DNA of 64,000 nucleotides from an uncultured Planctomycetia bacterium (GTDB lineage Bacteria; Omnitrophota; Gorgyraeia; 1-14-0-20-64-10): NCBI GenBank assembly GCA_964373715.1, contig CAYJVR010000008.1, positions 8,468 to 72,467 of the forward strand, read 5' to 3'. Shown piece by piece: positions 49,676 to 56,707 of this stretch (position 1 is its first letter; each line of letters starts with the position of its first letter). The notes under the pieces were generated by a model. It saw only the letters and a program-made list of their open reading frames with translations, ran no database searches and was not told where the DNA came from. The position numbers and the translations under genes were made by a program.

Positions 49676-49831
49676 ATGCAACGGAAAAAATGTGCGCAAT
49701 CGTCCGAACATAAACTTCCGACAACGGAGTTTTCTTATAACCCGCCAGCTGTTCAGAAAGAAGGGAACTTGGGATACCGGAAGCGGGGGCGGAAAACCCA
49801 TCTTTCAATCATGGCAGGCACTGCGCAATAG
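49676..49831 (+). CDS. Small ORF (51 aa), a candidate precursor or regulatory peptide upstream of the HprK-like kinase
   Basis: ATG preceded by a consensus SD. Translation is MQRKKCAQSSEHKLPTTEFSYNPPAVQKEGNLGYRKRGRKTHLSIMAGTAQ. It is not in the ORF track because it is under 60 aa. Confidence 0.25.
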   Translation: MQRKKCAQSSEHKLPTTEFSYNPPAVQKEGNLGYRKRGRKTHLSIMAGTAQ

Positions 49832-49948
49832 GTTAACAAAGACAGGCCTCCTAACTGAGCAAGCAGGGGAAAGCAGCCCCACCTGCAACACAGACCCGAA
49901 AACCGGAAGAATCGCTCTCTCCCTCAACAGCTCAATCCTAGAAAACCG

Positions 49949-50875
49949 TTGACGCCTGCCGCCCAATACCGGCATTTCCGGATTGCAGACAGAGAGATCG
50001 CTCTCTCTACCTCCGTCAGCGAAATCGACCGGCTGATTTCCCGGTTCTTGAAGCCGTACCGGATTCCAAAACCCCAAAACGCGCAAGAGCAAGATGCCTC
50101 GATCCGGATCGAAAAGAAACCGATTACCCGCGCCGGTTCGAAAACCCAGGGGCTCGTGCGAATCTCCCTGCACCAAAGATGGGGCCCGCCGAAAACGCAT
50201 TCGGAAATCATCCCCCTCCACTTCCATCCCAAGATTATCTATTTGGGGTACCTGGAGCCGCTCCTGCACCTGATACTCCGCCGAATGGCGGTACACCCTC
50301 TGCACGGAATCATCCTCTTTCGGAGGATAACTGGGATCCTTATCTGCGGCCCAACACGTACGGGCAAAACGACCACCGCGCTCCACCTGACCGGAAAGGG
50401 ATGGGAATTTCTCAACGATGACGAGAGCTATCTCGTCCTCAGAAACCGGCGGGCGCACGCCTGGGGAGTTCCCGGCCCCCTCTACGTTAGATCGGACGCC
50501 GGAAGAAGGTACACTCGGCTCGTGCACGCTCAACGCGGGGTCAAAATCCGGCGAGGGAGGGAAAACCGGTGGCTGATCCGTGATTCTTCCTCATCGCGGA
50601 GCCGCTATCTGCCGCTTCGTTACCTGCTGTTTCCGGAAGTGCGTCCGAAAGAATTAACACGCTTAGTCCCGCTGGACAACCGGCAAGCGCTCTTTCGGCT
50701 CCTGAGCCAAACCTCGCGCGGATGCCAAGGAATGGCGCAAGACCCTCTCTCCGTAAGCAGGGCCTACGCCGTCATGGCCCAAGCGGCGCGGCAGTCCAAG
50801 AGCGCGCTGTTGATCTGGGGCCGGAAGCCTGAAACCGCGGGAGAGCTGCTGGATCGGTTTTTGCAAAACGGCTAA
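49949..50875 (+). CDS. HPr kinase/phosphorylase C-terminal-domain-like P-loop kinase (HprK-related)
   Basis: 308 aa. P-loop ILICGPTRTGKTTTALHL followed by GWEFLNDDESYL, resembling the HprK C-terminal domain. Non-ATG (TTG) start. Confidence 0.55.
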   Translation: MTPAAQYRHFRIADREIALSTSVSEIDRLISRFLKPYRIPKPQNAQEQDASIRIEKKPITRAGSKTQGLVRISLHQRWGPPKTHSEIIPLHFHPKIIYLGYLEPLLHLILRRMAVHPLHGIILFRRITGILICGPTRTGKTTTALHLTGKGWEFLNDDESYLVLRNRRAHAWGVPGPLYVRSDAGRRYTRLVHAQRGVKIRRGRENRWLIRDSSSSRSRYLPLRYLLFPEVRPKELTRLVPLDNRQALFRLLSQTSRGCQGMAQDPLSVSRAYAVMAQAARQSKSALLIWGRKPETAGELLDRFLQNG

Positions 50876-51159
50876 GCGCTGGAATCCGAGATTTTAATCA
50901 GCTGGAGCTTGAGCAGGGACTCCAAAAAAAGCTTCAGATCGGTTTCGGCCTTTTCGGGAGAGAGCGCATATTCCCGGGCAAACGAAGCGCACAACAACTC
51001 AAATTTTTGAGGGGTAGCGCATGTTTCCCACAGAAAGAGCCCGGCAGAGTTCAAGCTGAAATAATCCCCAGTCCCCAAATGGAGGAGAACCCCCTCCCCC
51101 TCCATCTTCTTAAGCCGGACGCCCCCCTCGCGAGAGATCCTCCTCTTTGAGAAGATCAT
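50872..51159 (-). CDS. PqqD-family protein (RiPP recognition element-like)
   Basis: EGEGVLLHLGTGDYFSLNSAGLFLWE...AREYALSPEKAETDLKLFLESLLKLQLI matches the PqqD/RRE pattern. Confidence 0.65.
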   Translation of the reverse strand: MIFSKRRISREGGVRLKKMEGEGVLLHLGTGDYFSLNSAGLFLWETCATPQKFELLCASFAREYALSPEKAETDLKLFLESLLKLQLIKISDSSA

Positions 51160-51188
51160 GCATGCCCTCCTGGAAAACGCAGATTATA

Positions 51189-52445
51189 TCACTGCCGCCG
51201 ACAAAGCACTGCGATCCCGAAACGGAGAATCGCCGACAGCAGAACAAATGGGCGGACGGCCAGATAGGCCGTTTTTTGAAAGAACCCTTTCCCGCAGGCA
51301 AAAAACCGTTTCCTCTCATAAGACCACCACTGCCGGAAGAAAACCGGCCAGCCGAATAAAACCGAACACCAGTCCCAATGGATACCCCCGATTGCAAAAG
51401 CGGTCTCGTGCGAACCGCGGCTCACCACGGACCGGACCATAACCGGCAAAGTCAGCCGGGACCTCAGGAGTTTTGACGCGAAAGGCAGGGCAAGCATTCC
51501 GGAGAAGGAGCGCCGTTCCCAATCTCCTGCAAGATCCAAAGCCAAGCGGAGAGCGGCCGTCGTCCCGCTTTTAGCGGCAATCTGCTCCAGCCCCTTCCAA
51601 TCGAGAGAATCCCCGTAACGGCGCAGGTGAAGCCGGATATCGCAAATCGTGCGAAGGCGAAACGTCTGATCCTTGACAAGGTTGATCGACAGGTGGAGCA
51701 AACAAGCGGCCGGAGCGAGCACCGGAGGCAGCTGACCTTCGCTGGACGGATTAGAAGCGGCCGGCACACGCTGGTTTTCGAACCACTCCATCAAAATCCG
51801 GCCCTCTTTCGTATCCACGTGCAAATCCGATGGAAACCGATGCGGTTCGCACGCCACCGAGAAATCTCCCGGTGTTTTGCGAACAAAGGTTTTGTCATGG
51901 GCGGTCGGGTCGTTCTCGGCCCGATGAAGCGAAAAACGGAAGCCCATCTCTTTCACGATCCGTTCCGTCCTCCGCTGAGCTTCTTCGCCGCCGAAGACAA
52001 ACCAGTCGATGTCCGCCGCGCCTCTCGGGATGGGCCGTTCTCCGTACAGCTGGCGGTGCAGCAGGATCCCTTTCACGAAAGCGACCCGAACGCCCTGCCC
52101 GGCGAACGCCGCCGCCAGTTTCCCGAGGACCTCCTCCTGCCAAATGTCAGCCTCGCAGCACTCGTAGTAACATCCCCGGATCTCTTCAAACACCTCGGGA
52201 AACAACCGGTCCTGAAATTTTTTCAAGTGATACCAGGCGTGGCCGATGATCTGATGCCCTTTCATCAGATCGACCGCGCGAAACCCGTCTTCCGGAGAAC
52301 GCAAGTTTTTTAGAGCCCCCAGAACCTCCTCTTCCGGAAGAGGGTCCGGATCGGAGAGCAGAACCGCCACCCTCTCGTACGGCCGCAGATCCGGATGGCC
52401 GGGACGCGAATGGACCGGCGCGGGGGAAAAACTCGAGTCACTCAC
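51189..52445 (-). CDS. Uncharacterised nucleotidyltransferase family protein (PF14907-like)
   Basis: 418 aa. VKGILLHRQLYG...RGAADIDWFV, a pol-beta-type NTase motif typical of the lasso-associated nucleotidyltransferase family. Confidence 0.55.
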   Translation of the reverse strand: MSDSSFSPAPVHSRPGHPDLRPYERVAVLLSDPDPLPEEEVLGALKNLRSPEDGFRAVDLMKGHQIIGHAWYHLKKFQDRLFPEVFEEIRGCYYECCEADIWQEEVLGKLAAAFAGQGVRVAFVKGILLHRQLYGERPIPRGAADIDWFVFGGEEAQRRTERIVKEMGFRFSLHRAENDPTAHDKTFVRKTPGDFSVACEPHRFPSDLHVDTKEGRILMEWFENQRVPAASNPSSEGQLPPVLAPAACLLHLSINLVKDQTFRLRTICDIRLHLRRYGDSLDWKGLEQIAAKSGTTAALRLALDLAGDWERRSFSGMLALPFASKLLRSRLTLPVMVRSVVSRGSHETAFAIGGIHWDWCSVLFGWPVFFRQWWSYERKRFFACGKGFFQKTAYLAVRPFVLLSAILRFGIAVLCRRQ

Positions 52446-52535
52446 GCGGTAATACAGGCATGGCTGATGGATTCACAGCGCTTATCATACACCAAGACAG
52501 AATGCGTCCCAACGGGTGTAACTTCACCCGATATC

Positions 52536-53969
52536 CTATTGCCGCAACTGTCCACCAATTCTATCGACCGGACGATTCACCGGGAAGGCCCGCGGAATTG
52601 ATTCAAAAATCCTCCATTCTCCCACCTGTTCAATAAGTTTCCATTTCGGGTTTTTGCCATAAAAGATATCGCTGTTGCTCCCATTGACAGCATCGCTTTT
52701 CCCGTGCGGACTGGGCAAAGCGAGATAGCGTGAAATGAGTGATGGGCACTTAATGTAAAATCCGAACTCAAACTGATAGGGCAGGATAAACACCTTCGGG
52801 TTTCCATGGAAAAAGACGACAGGGTAACCGTTGGTGTCATCAAAAAAAATCCGCCCGTTCAGCTTTTTTAAATAAGCCGCCACCTGTTTCTCCTGGAGGA
52901 AGACCTCCTGCTTTTCCCTCTTGACGACAAGAGCGACAAAGCTGCGTTCCGGGCCCCACTGCCATCCCTCCGGAGACATCCAACCGAGCCAAATCCCTGC
53001 CATCGTACCCAGCAACAAGACGGGTCTAAGCCAGCCACGGGGCGGCTTGAGGAAGACAAATCCGATTCCTCCTAAAAGGGCAAAAAAACTTAAAGACAGG
53101 ACCACCTCGGAAAACCACAGCACGATGAAGGCCACGATAAGGGGAGATAAAAGAAGCAGGAGAAACTGACCTCTGCCTTTGAATTGCCAGAGGCTGACAA
53201 GATAGACCGGAAAGTAAAGCAACGGCATGAGCAGATGGAGCCACGATGTCTGTCCTCTTACCGGAGGATTTAGATTAACCATCGAAAGAGTATGCACGAA
53301 GTAGAGAGGGTCTCCTTTGTAAAGCCAATTTATATACATCCATCCGCCAAAAAGGAAGACGACGGGAAAGATGAAGATGGCCATCTTGGACAGCAGAAGC
53401 CACCGATCTTCTCTTCTGATCAAGGTAAAAATCAACGGGAAGAGAAAGAAGAGGGTCTCGTACCGCGTGACTACCGCGACGCCAAAACAAAGGGACGCAA
53501 GGGCAAACACAAAAAGATCCTTCTGCCTCTTCTCAAGAAATCTTTTATGAAAACAGACGTAAAGAACGAGGATCAGAAGAAACATCCCCTGGCTGCCGCT
53601 GATGGAAAAGGCGTAAAGAAAGAGCGGATGGGTCAGGAGCAAGACCAGCAGGCAGAGGGCAAACTTCTCTTTCGTCAAGGAAGAGAGAAAGCATGCCGTC
53701 AATCCCCCGCAGAGAGAAGACATAAACACGCCCCCTTGCAGGTGGAATCCCAAAGCAGCAGGAATAAAAAGGAGGGCAAAGGGAAGCGGCGGGTAGGTTA
53801 AACCAACATTCTCAAATCGAGCGGGTTGCCCCCGCACGACCAGGAGCGCTCTTTCGAGAAGATAAACTTCCTCAGAACCCCAAAAACCCATCCCATGGAC
53901 CCACAACCCACAGAAAAAATACAGGAGAAAAAAACCAGCAAAGAAGTATACTTCATGCCTTCTTAGCAT
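52536..53969 (-). CDS. Polytopic membrane protein, possibly a GT-C-fold (ArnT/PMT-like) glycosyltransferase
   Basis: 477 aa. About 11-12 predicted TM helices (Phe/Leu-rich) and a roughly 120-aa C-terminal soluble domain. Assigned mainly by architecture. Confidence 0.35.
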   Translation of the reverse strand: MLRRHEVYFFAGFFLLYFFCGLWVHGMGFWGSEEVYLLERALLVVRGQPARFENVGLTYPPLPFALLFIPAALGFHLQGGVFMSSLCGGLTACFLSSLTKEKFALCLLVLLLTHPLFLYAFSISGSQGMFLLILVLYVCFHKRFLEKRQKDLFVFALASLCFGVAVVTRYETLFFLFPLIFTLIRREDRWLLLSKMAIFIFPVVFLFGGWMYINWLYKGDPLYFVHTLSMVNLNPPVRGQTSWLHLLMPLLYFPVYLVSLWQFKGRGQFLLLLLSPLIVAFIVLWFSEVVLSLSFFALLGGIGFVFLKPPRGWLRPVLLLGTMAGIWLGWMSPEGWQWGPERSFVALVVKREKQEVFLQEKQVAAYLKKLNGRIFFDDTNGYPVVFFHGNPKVFILPYQFEFGFYIKCPSLISRYLALPSPHGKSDAVNGSNSDIFYGKNPKWKLIEQVGEWRIFESIPRAFPVNRPVDRIGGQLRQ

Positions 53970-55833
53970 GGGGGGAAAATCCGAGATCTCTCACCTGCTT
54001 GCTGACTCCATGGGTGGTCTTTTCCCAATAAAAGGGTTTTGTCATAATCTGCCATTGCGCCTTCCAGGCGGCAATAGAATGGAGAATCCAATAAAAAGGA
54101 GCCAAAAAAGCCCATAAACAGAGCTTGAACAACTTCCTCTTCCAGACAGCAAGGATATTGGTGAAGATGATAATGCCGTTGCACACTAAAAGATTTATCA
54201 AAGACAGATAGAGAATCCAAGCCGGAAAGAAGGGGTCAATCACTCGGGTTCTTGTCAGGAGCCAATCGATATAGATCACCCACATGATGGGGGTCGCCAA
54301 AAAAGCAAAAGGCGTCCCGCCGATAAAGAGCTGGAAGCTTACGAATCCGCTGAAACCCAACTCCCTGTATAACTGGACCGGATGGCGCATATGGACAGCA
54401 TACGTCACCATATATCCCTTCACCCATCGGGACCGCTGATTGATCCAGCTCTTAACACGGGAAGTGGCTTCCTCATAGGTTGTGGAATCAATCGTACGCA
54501 CCCGATAGCCCAGCCGCGTGGCCCGGACACCGAGATCGGCATCCTCCGTCACGTTAAAGGGGTCCCATCCCCGCATCTTGATGAGCTTCTCCGTATCAAA
54601 GTGATTGCTGGTGCCGCCCAACGGAATCGGGACGTTTAAAGCTTCAAGCCCTGGAAGCATGTAGTCGAACCAGTAGGAGTACTCCAGCGTGAACATGCGG
54701 GTGATGAAGTTTTCATAAACATTGTAATAATTCAGCCTGCCCTGAACGCAAATGGTGTGCTCAATATCCTCCGAAAACGCCAGGAGCGCCTTTTTAAGCT
54801 GATTCGGGTCCGGTTCGTCTTCGGCGTCGAAGATTGTCAGGTACTTCCCGCGGGCAAACTGGAGTCCCCAATTACACGCCTTGGGTTTCGTCTTGGGATA
54901 AGAGGTGGGAACAACCACAAATTCGAAAAACGCTTCGGGCTTCATTTTCTTTGCCGCTTCAAGGGTCTGCGTATCGTCTTGCTCAAGGAGGATCTTAACG
55001 TCGAGCTTAGATTTTGGGTAGTTAAGCCTTCGGATGGATCCAATCAAATGCGGGAGAACTTTGGCCTCCTTATAGATAGGCACCAACACGGTGTACATAG
55101 GCAAGTCTCTCTCATCCAACGTAAGCGGCCTCCTGCTGGATCCCTTTATCCTGGATCGAATCCCCACAAGGACGAGAAAGAGCTTAAAAGAGACAGCGAG
55201 AAAGAAGACCACTTGAACACACATGTTGAGCATAGTCAGGGTAAAAATCACGTTGAAAAAAACGCCGAAGAGGACGATACTCCCGAAAACCAAAAACAAG
55301 AAAAGCTGAGCATCGGTGAACAACCTTCTCGCAGAGAACATGGCGTTTTCTCGATAAAGCGAAAACACGCTCACATCCCTGAGTTCACTTTCAAAGTGTT
55401 TGGAAAGAATCCAAAGAACATCCAGGTCGGTCGTGATCGCCTTCTTGATCGGCAGCCCAACGATCTCCTTGATCTTCTTCTCAAGCTCTTCATCCATCGG
55501 GTCGCTGAACGCTACGAGGAGGCTGTCCCCCTCCATCCGGACAGGAGCAGTTCTCGTTTTGGCCATAAAATCCAAGGGCAACAACCGAATCATCGCAGGA
55601 TCGATCTCCTCCTTCGTCAAATCCAAAAAGGGGAGGTCCAGGTGCTTCGAGAGCGTCCGATACAAGTCGATTCTTCTGACAAGACCCGTGGAAATCAAGA
55701 TTTGACCGACTCTATCCCCCCATCGCTCCTGAAGCTCAAGTGCTTCTTCCAGCTGCGCAGAATTAATAAATCCCTCTGCAATGAGCATCTCCCCAATCCG
55801 TTTTTTGGAATTAGAAGCGGAGCCAGACGGCAC
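53953..55833 (-). CDS. Processive family-2 glycosyltransferase (cellulose/chitin-synthase-like) with an N-terminal MshEN (T2SS-E N-terminal) c-di-GMP-binding domain
   Basis: Two tandem 24-residue MshEN motifs, RIGEMLIAEGFINSAQLEEALELQ and RVGQILISTGLVRRIDLYRTLSKH. A GT2 core with FDAEDEPDP and QRSRW (the QxxRW signature), plus multiple TM helices. No C-terminal PilZ domain. Confidence 0.75.
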   Translation of the reverse strand: MPSGSASNSKKRIGEMLIAEGFINSAQLEEALELQERWGDRVGQILISTGLVRRIDLYRTLSKHLDLPFLDLTKEEIDPAMIRLLPLDFMAKTRTAPVRMEGDSLLVAFSDPMDEELEKKIKEIVGLPIKKAITTDLDVLWILSKHFESELRDVSVFSLYRENAMFSARRLFTDAQLFLFLVFGSIVLFGVFFNVIFTLTMLNMCVQVVFFLAVSFKLFLVLVGIRSRIKGSSRRPLTLDERDLPMYTVLVPIYKEAKVLPHLIGSIRRLNYPKSKLDVKILLEQDDTQTLEAAKKMKPEAFFEFVVVPTSYPKTKPKACNWGLQFARGKYLTIFDAEDEPDPNQLKKALLAFSEDIEHTICVQGRLNYYNVYENFITRMFTLEYSYWFDYMLPGLEALNVPIPLGGTSNHFDTEKLIKMRGWDPFNVTEDADLGVRATRLGYRVRTIDSTTYEEATSRVKSWINQRSRWVKGYMVTYAVHMRHPVQLYRELGFSGFVSFQLFIGGTPFAFLATPIMWVIYIDWLLTRTRVIDPFFPAWILYLSLINLLVCNGIIIFTNILAVWKRKLFKLCLWAFLAPFYWILHSIAAWKAQWQIMTKPFYWEKTTHGVSKQVRDLGFSPHAKKA

Positions 55834-56707
55834 TCTTCACCCCCCACCCTTCTCCCGTATCCCTTCCAAACAAATGCCGAAACCCGCCGATTTCAAAAGA
55901 CACACGGTCCGGAACGATAGGGATGACAAGGGACCCTGTCATTTTCAGAAAAGAAAAATCCGGATTGATGACAACGTTGTTGGACACGACAAGGGGCTTC
56001 TCATTTCGCAATCCCTTGATCCCGTCAAGGGCCAAAATAAGTTCCCACCCCTTAGCAGGTTTGAGTCCCCACCCCAATTGATATCCCAGTTGATCCGAAG
56101 GTTCCCCTTCCCGAAATCGGACGCCCACCTCTGTGTTGACATAAGAAGGAACATGAAAAAAGCCAAACTCCTTCGCAAAAAGCAACTTCCCCTCAACACC
56201 GGTGTCCTTATTCCCAAGAAGAGGCGTCGCCTTCAGCGAGTAGGCCGGAAAGATGACGAGCCCCTGCAAAGAAAAAATCAGAGGATCTGTTAAGAGATTC
56301 AGCCGTCCTCCCAACTCCTGGTCGCTGAACCCTCGATTCCGATCCCTCGAGCCACCGTCCTTGAACTCCAGAAAATCAAAGAAGAAATTTCCTATCGCCG
56401 TGAACCTCTTCGTGAGACCAAATTCCGCATAATGGTTCAGTTCATGTTTGGTAAACCTTCCGTTATTCGGTATTCGGTCCAGATCTCCGTCCCCGTCAAA
56501 GTTGCGCTCCGTCGTATAGAAGGAGTACGTGGTGATATGAAGCTGTTTCCCTTTCTCCTGAACCCACGCTCCGGCAAACAGCAGCTGCGCGTGGAAGATC
56601 AGCCCAAGGAAAAGAATGACGAAAACAGTCCGCCGAGGCGTCACGTGCGAGCTTCCCGACGAGACCGGAAGGCGAGAAAGAGAGTGAAAGAACCCAGCAG
56701 GAGCCAT
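55811..56707 (-). CDS. Putative outer-membrane beta-barrel protein
   Basis: About 298 aa. Alternating amphipathic beta-strand pattern and a C-terminal ...SAVWLRF aromatic terminus. The start is uncertain, because the ORF overlaps the upstream gene. Confidence 0.4.
   Translation of the reverse strand: MAPAGFFHSLSRLPVSSGSSHVTPRRTVFVILFLGLIFHAQLLFAGAWVQEKGKQLHITTYSFYTTERNFDGDGDLDRIPNNGRFTKHELNHYAEFGLTKRFTAIGNFFFDFLEFKDGGSRDRNRGFSDQELGGRLNLLTDPLIFSLQGLVIFPAYSLKATPLLGNKDTGVEGKLLFAKEFGFFHVPSYVNTEVGVRFREGEPSDQLGYQLGWGLKPAKGWELILALDGIKGLRNEKPLVVSNNVVINPDFSFLKMTGSLVIPIVPDRVSFEIGGFRHLFGRDTGEGWGVKSAVWLRF

Noticed and set aside
49650..49952. 100-codon TTG-initiated ORF overlapping the kinase start
   Set aside because: It contains no ATG, and the proposed TTG sits inside the putative -10 hexamer. 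The SD-preceded ATG ORF (49676-49831) in another frame is better supported, although neither is proven.
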